Source: Methanomicrobiales archaeon (GTDB taxonomy: Archaea; Halobacteriota; Methanomicrobia; Methanomicrobiales; Methanospirillaceae). Taken from it: DNA of 64,000 nucleotides. The stretch is from assembly GCA_037137755.1 (NCBI GenBank), contig JBAXJR010000001.1, positions 64,001 through 128,000 on the forward strand. Direction: 5' to 3'. Position numbers and translations under genes: made by a program. The notes under the pieces are model-generated. The model was not told the origin of the DNA and searched no databases. It saw only the letters and a list, made by a program, of their open reading frames with translations. This document shows, one piece after another, positions 35,598 through 46,272 of the stretch (position 1 is the first letter of the stretch; each line of letters starts with the position of its first letter).

Positions 35598-35872
35598 ATC
35601 GACCACTGGTTATCCATCATAATAGGACTCCCGGTATGAAAAAGTTGTTCAAATCTGGATTATTAACACCGGAAAAATCTCAGGTTCCTTACTAACCGGG
35701 TGCAGACCCGTGAAGTGCACTGAAATATGCGGGGATAGCGGTACAATAAGGTAATATTAACTAACTTATGTCATATCTGTCCTTTATTTCGCTAATAAAC
35801 CGCGAAAATTAACATAGTATTAAATATTAATCAGCGCATTTATTCCGGTAATCCCTAGTGTGGTTTTCAAAC

Positions 35873-36481
35873 ATGCCGGAAGACAAACGTAAAATTCAGC
35901 TTCTGGAATTGTTCACAAACATTACCAGCAAAACAAAGATCGTGGAACCGATGAAAAAGATCCACGGATCTTTAAGAGACCGTGACGCCGTTGAACGTGA
36001 AATCGCCCTTGTAATGCGGGAGATTCTTGACCAAGGATTCTTTAAGACCAAACTGAAACCAATTCAACTCGCCAAACTTGTCTCTGCCTACTATCTCGGA
36101 AAAAACGACACTGAGATCGCCAGAGAACTTGGGGATGAAAAATTGTCAAAGACCGTCGCCCGGGCACGGGTTCGTCTGAAACTATTCCGCGACCTTGATT
36201 TCAAGATGCCATTTGACCGTGAGAAGATGGAAATACTCATGGAGTCAGGGAAAACGATGAAGGAGATCAGTGAAGAGCTTGGGGTAAGTCCTTCCACGCT
36301 CCGCGAATACCGCCACGTGATCGACCAGCGGGATGACCATACTATTGACAATTACCTTGAGCGAATCCGGGATGTCATGGAAGACCGTGACCTCAGCGAA
36401 CAGATGACCCGGAGCGCCACTAAAGATGGTCTTGGTGATTCGATCGACATAACAGAAGCAGAATTAATTGATGTGGCCTGA
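35873..36481 (+). CDS. Two-HTH protein resembling haloarchaeal 'conditioned medium-induced protein 4'
   Basis: HGSL, NDTEIARELG..TVARARVRLKL, MPFD, EISEELGVSPSTLREYR and DLSEQMT..KDGL pattern; family recalled from memory. Confidence 0.75.
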   Translation: MPEDKRKIQLLELFTNITSKTKIVEPMKKIHGSLRDRDAVEREIALVMREILDQGFFKTKLKPIQLAKLVSAYYLGKNDTEIARELGDEKLSKTVARARVRLKLFRDLDFKMPFDREKMEILMESGKTMKEISEELGVSPSTLREYRHVIDQRDDHTIDNYLERIRDVMEDRDLSEQMTRSATKDGLGDSIDITEAELIDVA

Positions 36482-36659
36482 ACACAGGTCAGCCTGGGAT
36501 GGATAAATTCCATCTCAAATACAATTGTGAGGATACTCACTCATTTTTTTTGGATCTTCAAACCATCCAACATCAACATTCCGGGCGATCCTGTTTGCAT
36601 GAACCCCGGGGGAAGAAGAGTTACGTTTTCATAGGTAGTGTGAGAATGTCGTACCTGAT

Positions 36660-37316
36660 ATGAAACTCACCTGGTTTGGGCATTCGTGTATACGGTTATC
36701 AGGGACGAAAATCGTCATCGTGGACCCTTTTATTGGCGAAGGTAAGGAAATTACCGGGGATTGCGATATTATTGCGGTCACTCATGGCCATGGTGACCAC
36801 ATGGGTGATACCGTCAGGCTGCGGAAAACGACGGTGGCGATCAATGAAATCGCAAAATACCTCGGGACAAAAGGTGTCCCTGTCGAAGGTATGAATATTG
36901 GAGGAACGGTTGAAGTTGATGGAGTTCGGTTCACCATGACCCAGGCAGTCCATTCCTCATGGCTCGAAGAGGGAGGTATCGGGTGCAACGGGGGTGCTTC
37001 TGCCGGGTATGTCATAACAATGGACGGGAAGAAGATCTACCATGCTGGTGATACGGCTCTGTTCTCTGACATGAAACTTATCGGTGACCTTTACAGGCCT
37101 GATGTCGCCCTCCTGCCAATTGGAGGACGTTTCACGATGGGGCCTGACGAAGCCATGATGGCAGCCCAGTATATCGGGGCACCCCTGGTAATCCCGATTC
37201 ATTACAATACCTGGCCCAAAATTTCCCAGGACCCTGCAACATTCAAGTTTGCCATTGAGCGGACTACTGATATGAAGGTCGCAGTCCTGAAGCCTGGCGA
37301 GACGATAGAGTTATGA
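36660..37316 (+). CDS. UPF0173 metallo-beta-lactamase-fold hydrolase
   Basis: THGHGDH, HAGDT, LPIGGRFTM and IHYNT motifs. Confidence 0.92.
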   Translation: MKLTWFGHSCIRLSGTKIVIVDPFIGEGKEITGDCDIIAVTHGHGDHMGDTVRLRKTTVAINEIAKYLGTKGVPVEGMNIGGTVEVDGVRFTMTQAVHSSWLEEGGIGCNGGASAGYVITMDGKKIYHAGDTALFSDMKLIGDLYRPDVALLPIGGRFTMGPDEAMMAAQYIGAPLVIPIHYNTWPKISQDPATFKFAIERTTDMKVAVLKPGETIEL

Positions 37317-37524
37317 ATAGCACAGGCGCATATTTTTTTCATTTTAAATTCCCTATTGAATTCCGCTAAGGAAACTCCCTGAACCTGCGTATTTAGTATT
37401 TTTCACATAGGGCGAGTTTTGTCTAAATCGGAAATATTAGATTGATCTGGATCCAGACAATAATCATAGGAAAAAATGAACAAAAAAGGACCTCTTTTCA
37501 AAAATTAAAAAAATTAATGCTGTA

Positions 37525-38706
37525 TTAAAAATCTGTCATAACCCTGAACTGGTCAATCTCTTCCCGGTTCAGGTTTTCAAGGAAGATCTCAGCCGCGGAA
37601 CGGATATCCTTGCTTGCGGTGATCGCCCTGCCGACGACAAGAATATCTGCACCTGACTTCAATGCGTCTTTTACGACGTCGGCCCTGATTCCACCGGCAG
37701 TTGCAACGAGAAGTTTTCCACCGGCTGCCTTCTTTAACGCTGCAATATTACCCCACGCGTGTTTCGTCTCCTCGGCATCGATTGCCCGGTGCAGTTCAAC
37801 AATATCCGGCTTCACTGAGAGCCCGGCAATCAGCTTGACCGGATCGGCCACGTTTAACATATCCACGATGGAATAGATCCCGGTTTTCTTTGCCTCGCTA
37901 ATTGCTTTTTCAAGTGTTGAAACAGGGGCCAGCCCGGAAATTACCACGGCATCGGCGGATGCATCGGCTGCCATCCTGGCCTCAAGGTTCCCGGTGTCTA
38001 GAATTTTCAAGTCCGCAATGATGAATGCATTGGGCCTGATCTTCCTCATATCAGATATCACGTTCAGGCCGAAGCGCTTGATCAGGGGTGTCCCAGCCTC
38101 GATGATAAGGTGGTCGTTTGCAGGGAGCTCGGTGAGCACCTGGGTGACTTTGTTCATATCGACAAGGTCGAGGGCAACCTGCAGGTAGGGGGGGTCCCAG
38201 AGCCGCTGGACTTTGAACCCCATCACCGCATGGGCCGCACGGTCTTTCTCATAGATGAGGGTCTTTTTGTCCGGGAATGCGTCCATTGCCCTGCTGATTG
38301 CAAGTTTTGTTGCCCCGTAGTTATAGCGGTAAATTTTATTGTAATCAGCCGCTGCCGGGTCAAGGTAGACACTTGCTAGGATCACAATCTTTTCTATGTC
38401 CTGGTCTTTGAATGCCCCCTCTTCAACCGAATCTGCAACAGCCTTTGCCACTGCTGCCTGAACCGGCCCGAACATCTCATGAACCTGGGCTTCCTTCTTC
38501 ATCGTGACTTTCGGGATCACGAGTGTGACAGGTTTTGTCAGCAGGTTTGGTCTTATGACTGCAAGTAACGGGGTATGCCCGGAAGAAAGTTGCGAGAGCG
38601 CATTGGCAAATGCGGACCCGACTGCCCCTTCCTTATCCCCAATCATCAGGTCGATATGGGCGAGCTCCGGCCCGTCCCCAACGAGTGCTTCTCCTATAAG
38701 ATACAT
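37525..38706 (-). CDS. fae-hps: Bifunctional formaldehyde-activating enzyme / 3-hexulose-6-phosphate synthase
   Basis: GEALVG..AHIDL..FGPVQAAVA (Fae) followed by LQVALD..EAGTPL..DLKILD (Hps). Confidence 0.95.
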   Translation of the reverse strand: MYLIGEALVGDGPELAHIDLMIGDKEGAVGSAFANALSQLSSGHTPLLAVIRPNLLTKPVTLVIPKVTMKKEAQVHEMFGPVQAAVAKAVADSVEEGAFKDQDIEKIVILASVYLDPAAADYNKIYRYNYGATKLAISRAMDAFPDKKTLIYEKDRAAHAVMGFKVQRLWDPPYLQVALDLVDMNKVTQVLTELPANDHLIIEAGTPLIKRFGLNVISDMRKIRPNAFIIADLKILDTGNLEARMAADASADAVVISGLAPVSTLEKAISEAKKTGIYSIVDMLNVADPVKLIAGLSVKPDIVELHRAIDAEETKHAWGNIAALKKAAGGKLLVATAGGIRADVVKDALKSGADILVVGRAITASKDIRSAAEIFLENLNREEIDQFRVMTDF

Positions 38707-38919
38707 AAAATCCTTGGTTCTCCTGTGTAATATGTGGCCCCATTATATGATAAATGTTTTAATTCCCGGTATTCCAAAAAAAATAGTGAACTGGCCGCAA
38801 TCCCCTGTAACAAAAAAAGATTGCAAATGGCTTGCAATCGGGATGTATCTATACGAAAACAGCCGTGAATGTAAAATTGGTCCGGAATTTTTGGAATCGA
38901 TAAAATATTTTTGGACCGT

Positions 38920-39309
38920 TCAACTCATTCCTTTCCGGTCTCTATCTGCAAACACATCCTTTGCGACGGTCATACCATTCAGAGCAGCGGGAAATCCTGC
39001 GTAAACAGCCATCTGTGTAATGATCTCAATTATTTCCTCACGGGTACACCCTACATTAAGAGCCATGGATATATGTGCGTTCAGCTGGACCGGCGCATTG
39101 CCCAGTGCGGTAAGCGCAGCAACCGTGGCTACCTGGCGTGATTTGAGATCAAGGCCCGGCCTGCACAGCACGTCTCCATACGGAAATTCAATCGTATACC
39201 TGGCGAGATCAGGTGCGACACCCTGCAAGGTGTCGAGCATTTCATGAACACCCGTGCCACTCATTGTTTCCAACTGTATTTTTCCACGTTCAAACCTGTT
39301 CTCATCCAT
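38920..39309 (-). CDS. Carboxymuconolactone decarboxylase (CMD/AhpD) family protein
   Basis: YGDVLCRPGLDLKSR..TVAAL..HISMALNVG..YAGFPAA. Confidence 0.9.
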   Translation of the reverse strand: MDENRFERGKIQLETMSGTGVHEMLDTLQGVAPDLARYTIEFPYGDVLCRPGLDLKSRQVATVAALTALGNAPVQLNAHISMALNVGCTREEIIEIITQMAVYAGFPAALNGMTVAKDVFADRDRKGMS

Positions 39310-39413
39310 TACTATTCACCTGGATCCAGTTTATTTCCATATATAATGAAACCTGAGGGTATACCAGCGGAAAAATGCTTACCGCTCAGGCAAAATTGTG
39401 ACGAAGAAAAATG

Positions 39414-39574
39414 TGGGGTCGGTGAGATTTGAACTCACGATCGACGGGTCTCTCCGACATGCGTCAGTGCTCCAACGGATCATCACCATTCAGAAGACCC
39501 ATTGTTCATCATTCGCACAGAAGACGCGAAAGACCGCTGGAGCCCGTCGCCATTCCGGACTAGGCCACGACCCC
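39414..39574 (-). tRNA. tRNA-Trp(CCA) with an 87-nt intron at position 37/38 (39450-39536)
   Basis: Reverse complement GGGGTCGTGGCCTAGTCCGG..ACGGGCTCCAG | intron | ACCCGT..GTTCAAATC..CGACCCCA; CTCC/GGAG central BHB helix. Confidence 0.95.
39450..39536 (-). ncRNA. Box C/D guide sRNA in the tRNA-Trp intron
   Basis: ATGATGA..CTGA..GTGATGA..CTGA boxes; guides TGGGTCT and TTGGAGC are complementary to the exon junction and anticodon regions (established Cm34/39 2'-O-methylation system). Confidence 0.88.
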
Positions 39575-39729
39575 GATGATCTTAATTAAATCGTATTTTC
39601 GAGATTTAAGTGTTCCCATAAAGAAACATCTCATGGAACAACTGCTATAGCCCTGTCTTATGAAAACAACGGGAATTTTAATGCGAAATCAGTAATCATA
39701 TATTCTTTTCTCACGCCATAATCTGATCA

Positions 39730-41430
39730 ATGGTGAAGATCAGTTACGATTGTGGGATCTCTTCATTTCCGCTGATTGGCGAGACGATCGGGTATATGTT
39801 CAACCGGGTTGCAAAGGAGAACCCTGATAACGAAGCCGTTGTCTCCGTCCACCAGGGAATCAGGTGGACATACAGGGAATTCCAGGAACACGTTGATAAC
39901 CTGGCAAAGGGATTGATGGCGCTTGGTGTTGAGAAAGGTCACCGGGTAGGGATATGGGCGATGAACTATGCCGAGTGGATCCAGGTGCAATTTGCAACCG
40001 CAAAAATCGGCGCAATTATGGTCAATATCAACCCCGCATACCGGACGTATGAGCTCGAGTATGTATTGAAACAGGCAGAGATCCAGACCCTCATCATCCA
40101 GGGGCGGTTCAAGACCTCGGATTATGTTGGCATGTTCTACGAGGCCTGCCCAGAAGCCTATGAATCCCGGCCCGGTCATATCAAGAGCGATAAGTTCCAG
40201 TTCCTTAAAAACGTTATTTTCATGGGGGATATTCCCTATAACGGTATGTTTGTCTGGGAGGACTGCATCCGTAAAGGGGAGGAAATCAGTCATGACGAAC
40301 TGATCGACCGCGAGGAGTCGCTTGAATTCGATGATGCCATCAATATCCAGTACACCAGCGGCACCACCGGTTTTCCAAAGGGTGTCGTCCTCAGCCATCA
40401 CTCGGTCCTGAATAACGGGTATATAATCGGGGAAGGAATGGGTTTTACACCGGCAGACCGCCTGTGTATCCCTGTCCCGTTCTACCATTGTTTTGGCATG
40501 GTACTTTCAAACCTTGCCTGTGTAACGCACGGGTCGACCATGGTAATCCCTTCTCCCACATTTAGTGCGGAAGATGTCCTGAAGACGGTCCAGAATGAAC
40601 GTTGTACGGCGCTTCATGGCGTTCCCACGATGTTCATCGCGGAGCTTTCACACCCTGAATTCTCCCGTTACTCGATGAGCACCCTCCGTACCGGGATTAT
40701 GGCAGGTTCTCCCTGCCCTATCGAGGTGATGAAAGAAGTCTCAAATAAGATGAATATGACCGATATTGTCATCGTATACGGTCAGACAGAGACATCTCCC
40801 GGTGTTACGATGACCACGACAAAAGACCCGATTGAACGACGGGTATCAACAGTGGGTAAGCTTTTCCCCCATACCGAATTGAAATTCATCGACCAGAAGA
40901 CACTGAAAATAGTTCCACGAGGTGAAATCGGGGAGATCTGCGCACGTGGATATATGACCATGAAATGTTATTATAACAACCCGAATGCTACCCATGGAAC
41001 TCTTGACCATAACGGCTGGAATCATACCGGGGACCTTGGTACTATAGATGATGAGGGATACGTAAAAATCGTGGGCCGTTTAAAGGATATGGTCATCAGG
41101 GGCGGTGAGAATATTTATCCTCGTGAAATTGAGGAGTTCCTCCACCACCATCCAAAGATTGCGGATGTATACGTGATCGGTGTCCCTGATGTGAAATATG
41201 GTGAGGAACTTGCCGCGTGGGTTAAAATCGTACCCGGTCAGACTGCCACGGAGGAAGAGATTAAGGACTTCTGCAAGGGTAAAATAGCCCATTTCAAGAT
41301 CCCCAGGTATGTCAGGTTCAGTGATGATTTCCCTGTCACAATATCCGGAAAAATTCAGAAATTCAAGATGCGTGAAATCTCGGTAAAAGAACTCCACCTT
41401 GAATCGGCTGACGAGATTAAAACCGCGTAA
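39730..41430 (+). CDS. AMP-dependent acyl-CoA synthetase
   Basis: [31 protein letters not shown] and SGKIQK motifs. Confidence 0.93.
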   Translation: MVKISYDCGISSFPLIGETIGYMFNRVAKENPDNEAVVSVHQGIRWTYREFQEHVDNLAKGLMALGVEKGHRVGIWAMNYAEWIQVQFATAKIGAIMVNINPAYRTYELEYVLKQAEIQTLIIQGRFKTSDYVGMFYEACPEAYESRPGHIKSDKFQFLKNVIFMGDIPYNGMFVWEDCIRKGEEISHDELIDREESLEFDDAINIQYTSGTTGFPKGVVLSHHSVLNNGYIIGEGMGFTPADRLCIPVPFYHCFGMVLSNLACVTHGSTMVIPSPTFSAEDVLKTVQNERCTALHGVPTMFIAELSHPEFSRYSMSTLRTGIMAGSPCPIEVMKEVSNKMNMTDIVIVYGQTETSPGVTMTTTKDPIERRVSTVGKLFPHTELKFIDQKTLKIVPRGEIGEICARGYMTMKCYYNNPNATHGTLDHNGWNHTGDLGTIDDEGYVKIVGRLKDMVIRGGENIYPREIEEFLHHHPKIADVYVIGVPDVKYGEELAAWVKIVPGQTATEEEIKDFCKGKIAHFKIPRYVRFSDDFPVTISGKIQKFKMREISVKELHLESADEIKTA

Positions 41431-41725
41431 AATTACCCGGTAGCCCTGACGGCTAAAAGAATACTTTTTTTAACCATTCATGTTTTCGTGATATTCTCTT
41501 TATTCTGCCCCTTCCATTACAGCGGATACTCCATTGGTTTGAACCCTTACCTGTTTTTAGCACGAATGTACCACGGGGTCCCTTCGTGGTTGATTGCAAA
41601 AAATGTACTGGATGTATAAATATAGGGTCGGCCGGGGCAGTGGTGAAGGATCCGGACGGGAAACGGGCACCATTAATGCGGTGAATAGATAAATTCCCTG
41701 TCATTCTCCCGTGGTTACCATAGAA

Positions 41726-42697
41726 TTATGCAAGGGTTGGATCAGGAGCACGAATGACAAACGGGTACATACCTTTCTTCGAAGTATCAACAGAGAATGT
41801 CATACCATCTGTCCTGACAACAATGCTGCCATCTGTGTCAGTCCTAAATATCAGTGCCCCCGAATCCTCCAGGCGGAGCAGGGTAGCCTCTGCAGGGTGA
41901 CCATAATCGTTTCCTGCTCCAACGGAGATGATGGCCGCTTCAGGTCGTACCCGTTTGAGAAATTCGCTCCCGGTTCCATGCGGACTTCCGTGGTGTGCGA
42001 CTTTCAGGATCTGGCTCTCGAGAGGGAGTCCGGAATGTATCATCAATTCTTCTGTCGAAGTACCTGCATCTCCTTCGAACAGGATATTCACACGCCCGTA
42101 CGATACCCTGAGCACGATCGACCCGTCATTGAGGTCCTGGTCTTTGCTTCCGTCCGGGGCTGAAAGGACCAGCATTGTCAACCCGGGTGCAGGGCTGAAC
42201 GAATCCCCCGGCCTGACCGTTGTGTATGGTATAGTAGTATGGTCAATTGTTTCAAGGAATTTCTGATACGTGGTAGTGGTGTGCGGCATGCCGCTGTCAA
42301 TGACATTTCGCACATTAAAGTTTTTCAGGACGTCCTGCATGCCCCCGATATGATCGCTGTGCGGGTGGGTGGCGATGAGAATGTCTATATCGCTGATTTC
42401 CTGGTGTTTCAGGTAGGTAACAATGGCCGGACCTTCATCTGCTTCACCTGCATCGATTAAGATAGTGGTCCCGTTATACTGGATGAGTGCTGAGTCTCCC
42501 TGACCTACATCAATAAAATGAATCACCATCCGTCCATCATTGAGTCCATATGACGGTGGAATGGCATTGTTTCCTGCATGAGTGCTGATGGTATGAATGG
42601 TACATCCGGCAAAAAAAATACAGGTGAGAAGGAGAAGGGAGGGAAGGAGGAAATAAAAACTCCTGCTTCTCAAACTACGTGGTGTTACCTGTTTCAC
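41726..42697 (-). CDS. ComEC/Rec2-type MBL-fold hydrolase, predicted lipoprotein
   Basis: Lipobox FAGC after a hydrophobic signal; DVGQGD, HPHSDH, KVAHHGS, YGHP and RTD motifs. Confidence 0.88.
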   Translation of the reverse strand: MKQVTPRSLRSRSFYFLLPSLLLLTCIFFAGCTIHTISTHAGNNAIPPSYGLNDGRMVIHFIDVGQGDSALIQYNGTTILIDAGEADEGPAIVTYLKHQEISDIDILIATHPHSDHIGGMQDVLKNFNVRNVIDSGMPHTTTTYQKFLETIDHTTIPYTTVRPGDSFSPAPGLTMLVLSAPDGSKDQDLNDGSIVLRVSYGRVNILFEGDAGTSTEELMIHSGLPLESQILKVAHHGSPHGTGSEFLKRVRPEAAIISVGAGNDYGHPAEATLLRLEDSGALIFRTDTDGSIVVRTDGMTFSVDTSKKGMYPFVIRAPDPTLA

Positions 42698-44007
42698 GAC
42701 CGGGAACGCCTCACGAGCTGGCTGGCGGTCTCGGCAGAGCCCTTAAGGACCTCTTCTTCGCGAAGTACTTGCCGTTCATGCATAAGGACACGACCGTTAC
42801 AGATAGTTGTAGTAACCGATGCCCCGCTGCAAGCGTAGACAAAGTTGGAAGTCTGGTTGTGAAGGGGGGTGTTACAGGCAGTCAGGGTTCTGACAAGGAT
42901 AATATCTGCAGGGTTACCGGTCTTCAGGGTGCCTGCACCGGTCATGAGTGCTGTTGCCCCGTTTATCCCTGCCATGGCCAGGGCCTCCGGTGCCGGCAGG
43001 ATGGTCGGGTCGTTCCAGAAAAATTTCTGGAGGAGTGCCGCCGTTTTCATTTCCTCGAACATGTCTAGGTTGTTGTTTGATGCACAACCATCAGTGCCGA
43101 GACAGACATTTACACCTGCCGATTTAAGCCAGTGGTATGGCATGGCCCTGTTCGTCGCGAGTTTCATATTGCTTGCCGGGTTATGCGATACATTGACGTT
43201 CCGCTTCCCCATGAGGGCACATTCGGGTTCATCGAGCCAGCAGCAGTGCGCCGCGATAGTGGAAGGTGTCAGGATACCGCATTCGTCAAGGTGGTAGGCA
43301 GGACGTTTTCCATATTGGCTGATACAGTCCTGGACTTCCTTTTCCGTCTCTGACAGGTGGATATGGATGCCGATGCTTTCAGAAGCGGCATATTCTGCAC
43401 ACCATTTCAGTCCCACGGGAGAGACCGTGTAAATCGCATGGGGGCCGACAGCAGCCTTAATCCTCCGATTGTTCATGGATTTAATTGATGCAACAAGCTT
43501 CTCGGTCGCCCTGCATTCACTTTCACGTTTTTCCGGAAGCCCGAGGTCGATAAAACCATGGGATAGAACCGCCCTGATTCCCGCTTCATCTACGGCCCGG
43601 GCTGCATCCTCCATGAAAAAATACATGTCATTGAATGCGGTGGTACCGCTTTTTATCATTTCGAGGCAGGCCAGTTTAGTACCCCAGTATACGTCTTTTC
43701 CCGAAAGGTGCGCCTCAAGAGGCCAGATTTTTTGCGTAAGCCAGTCCTGGAGTACCATGTCGTCTGCATAACCCCGGAGCAGTGTCATGGCCGCATGGGT
43801 ATGGGTATTGACAAGGCCCGGCATTGCGATGGAACCTTTCCCATCGATAGTAAACTCTGCCTCGCCACGGTGTCTTCCCGCTATACCCTCTCCGCATCCG
43901 GTTATTGTCCCGGTCTCATCGATAAAAATGTCCCCCGCTTTCCCGTTTACAAGGACATCCCTGATGAGCAGAGCCCCGGAATAACTTAATAAATCGCCGT
44001 GTTCCAT
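42694..44007 (-). CDS. 5'-deoxyadenosine/MTA/SAH deaminase (DadD/MtaD amidohydrolase)
   Basis: NTHTH, PHAIYT, HLSET, HNPASNMKL and GTDG..SNN motifs. Confidence 0.9.
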   Translation of the reverse strand: MEHGDLLSYSGALLIRDVLVNGKAGDIFIDETGTITGCGEGIAGRHRGEAEFTIDGKGSIAMPGLVNTHTHAAMTLLRGYADDMVLQDWLTQKIWPLEAHLSGKDVYWGTKLACLEMIKSGTTAFNDMYFFMEDAARAVDEAGIRAVLSHGFIDLGLPEKRESECRATEKLVASIKSMNNRRIKAAVGPHAIYTVSPVGLKWCAEYAASESIGIHIHLSETEKEVQDCISQYGKRPAYHLDECGILTPSTIAAHCCWLDEPECALMGKRNVNVSHNPASNMKLATNRAMPYHWLKSAGVNVCLGTDGCASNNNLDMFEEMKTAALLQKFFWNDPTILPAPEALAMAGINGATALMTGAGTLKTGNPADIILVRTLTACNTPLHNQTSNFVYACSGASVTTTICNGRVLMHERQVLREEEVLKGSAETASQLVRRSRS

Positions 44008-44013
44008 TCTCGA

Positions 44014-44688
44014 TCATCCCATTTTATTTATTATTATCCTGACCATCTCACCGGTTCGTTCACGGAATAACCGTGCGGTGTCGACGATATGCTCGTAAGA
44101 AAGCACTTCTTTCCCAAGGCCGTTGGCGTAATTATCAACGGTACACACGGCGGCAAATTCCATGCCCAGCTCGCATGCGAGGGTTGCCTCGCTTGCGACA
44201 GTCATCCCGACAATGTCCGCAAATGTTGCGAGGGCCTGTACTTCTGCTATTGTCTCTATTCGCGGTCCCCGTGTCTGCACATAGATCCCGCCTACCCGGG
44301 CATGAGGGAACTCAGTTCCAAGTTCCCGGGTGAGTTTTTGTGAAATTACCGGCATCACGTGGGAGATCGCATGGTTGTGAATTGACGGGATATCGGATAT
44401 GCTCATATAATCGTCAGGTACCATGATCGATCCAGGCGCAATTTCATCTTTTAATGAACCTGAAGAGCCGAATGCTATGACCCTGTCAACTCCGAGGATT
44501 GCAAGTGCCGCCATATTGGCACAGAAATTGATCCGGTGGGGTGGAATATCTCCCTGGTGACGCAACAGGATGGTGACATCCCCGGTCAGGACTTCCGCCG
44601 CTCCAAATGGTGTCCTGACCACCTGTTTTTCAAGAGACGGAAGGGTGGCAAAAAGGAGACTCGTCCCACCTAGTATCCCTAGGGACAT
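44014..44688 (-). CDS. MTAP-family purine nucleoside phosphorylase (likely 6-oxopurine/MTI-specific)
   Basis: LRH..PPHRIN, GPRIET.AE, VGMT and VDNYA motifs. Confidence 0.9.
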   Translation of the reverse strand: MSLGILGGTSLLFATLPSLEKQVVRTPFGAAEVLTGDVTILLRHQGDIPPHRINFCANMAALAILGVDRVIAFGSSGSLKDEIAPGSIMVPDDYMSISDIPSIHNHAISHVMPVISQKLTRELGTEFPHARVGGIYVQTRGPRIETIAEVQALATFADIVGMTVASEATLACELGMEFAAVCTVDNYANGLGKEVLSYEHIVDTARLFRERTGEMVRIIINKMG

Positions 44689-44889
44689 CTACCCATCCAC
44701 CTGTACCCTGTATCCTTCAGCCAGGGATATGAAAGGTGTCATTGGACTAGGATCCCTCTGCAGACTGCGACGAACAATTCTTTGCATAATTCTTGTACTG
44801 TTATTTCGGCGCCTGCTACATATCCCTGTCCATTATAGTCAGGGATGGGTTCGGATACCGTAATACCATCAGGTGCACTATTAATCTGT

Positions 44890-46053
44890 ATGGGCCTGTT
44901 TGAGACAGTCGATGAGAAAACAATAAAAAGAGGGGACTGTACCGATATCTATTTTCTCCGTAGCGAGGAGATTCTCCGTAAGGAAGGTAAAAATCCCCAT
45001 GTTGTAATGGAAGTAACCGCCGCCGGGCTCCCTGATGAATGGGGTGTGTTCTGCGGCCTGGAAGACGTGATTGCTCTACTAAAAGACCTTCCTGTTACCG
45101 TTGATGCGATGCCGGAAGGGACAATGATCCTCCCGAACGAACCTGTCGTCCGGATATCGGGACGGTACCTGGATTTTGCCCGGTACGAGACGTCAATCCT
45201 CGGGTTCCTGTGCCATGCATCAGGTGTTGCCTCTGCAGCCGCACATATCAGGGTTTGCGCAGAAGGCCGCCCGGTATATTCATTTGGCTCCCGTCGCCAG
45301 CACCCGGCCATTGCATCCATGATCGAACGCGCCGCATGGATCGGAGGGGTAGAAGGGGTCTCCAATACCTGTGGACACCCGGATATCCCAAAATCGGGCA
45401 CCATGCCCCATGCATTCGTTATGTGTCATAACACGCCGGAAGAGGCGTTCGCATCCTTCAACCGTTTTGCCCCACCGGATATACCGAGGATCATGTTATC
45501 CGACACGTTCTGTGATGAGAAACGGGAGTCCCTGGTTGCGGCAGCCCAGGGAGCAACGGCGGTCCGGCTTGATACTCCGCGTTCACGCCGCGGCAACATG
45601 AGGGCAATTATCAATGAAGTGCGCTGGGAACTGGATGCCCACGGATATCCTGATGTGAAGATATTCCTTTCAGGTGGTGTAACAAGGGATGAAGTAATCG
45701 AATACCGTGATATTGTCGATGCATTTGGTATCGGGGGAGCGATTGCCAGTGCCCCGGTAATCGATTTTGCGATGGATGTCGTGCAAATAGAAGGGGCGAT
45801 GTGTTCAAAGCGGGGAAAAAGGAGCGGTGTGAAACAGGTCTATGAACTTCCGGACCGTTACCATGTCGTTCTGCTCGAAGGTGCTCCGGCCCCTGCCAAT
45901 GCGAAGCCGCTCCTTACCCGGTACATTACAGACGGTGTAATAACTTCAGGCAGCGGCCTCCATGATGCGCGGAAACGATTTCTGGGTTCATTTGAAACGG
46001 CAAGGTGTGCCTGCGGGACACCTGGATGCGGGGAAGGACACGACCATGCATAG
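44890..46053 (+). CDS. Nicotinate phosphoribosyltransferase
   Basis: TDIYF, FGSRR, GTMPH, VRLDTP.SRRG, SGG and KRGK motifs. Confidence 0.9.
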   Translation: MGLFETVDEKTIKRGDCTDIYFLRSEEILRKEGKNPHVVMEVTAAGLPDEWGVFCGLEDVIALLKDLPVTVDAMPEGTMILPNEPVVRISGRYLDFARYETSILGFLCHASGVASAAAHIRVCAEGRPVYSFGSRRQHPAIASMIERAAWIGGVEGVSNTCGHPDIPKSGTMPHAFVMCHNTPEEAFASFNRFAPPDIPRIMLSDTFCDEKRESLVAAAQGATAVRLDTPRSRRGNMRAIINEVRWELDAHGYPDVKIFLSGGVTRDEVIEYRDIVDAFGIGGAIASAPVIDFAMDVVQIEGAMCSKRGKRSGVKQVYELPDRYHVVLLEGAPAPANAKPLLTRYITDGVITSGSGLHDARKRFLGSFETARCACGTPGCGEGHDHA

Positions 46054-46175
46054 CGCGGTAAGAACCGTTTCCTGCGTGCCGCAGCATACTGGCAGGGATT
46101 GAGACTGTTCCAATGGCCAATACCCAAGGTATGAAACAATTCTTTTAACTGATGGCAACAAAACAGTGATAGAGC

Positions 46176-46253
46176 GGGCCGAAAGGTCCGGGGTAGATCG
46201 CTACCCTGGCATGGTGCAAACCTAAACAGCCCTGTTTCATCCCATCATGGTAG
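46176..46253 (+). pseudogene. Decayed, truncated intron-containing tRNA-Ala(GGC)
   Basis: D stem GGTC/GATC, anticodon stem CTACC/GGTAG with CT-GGC-A, 36-nt BHB-forming intron at 37/38; positions 8 and 14 are non-canonical; no T arm or acceptor 3' strand. Confidence 0.7.
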
Positions 46254-46272
46254 AAGATTTTTTGCTATCGTT

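Noticed and set aside
46147-46190. Hammerhead ribozyme or C/D sRNA (CTGATGG..GAAA; GTGATAG)
   Set aside because: Core motifs are incomplete and the stems do not fit; a tRNA origin explains the sequence better.
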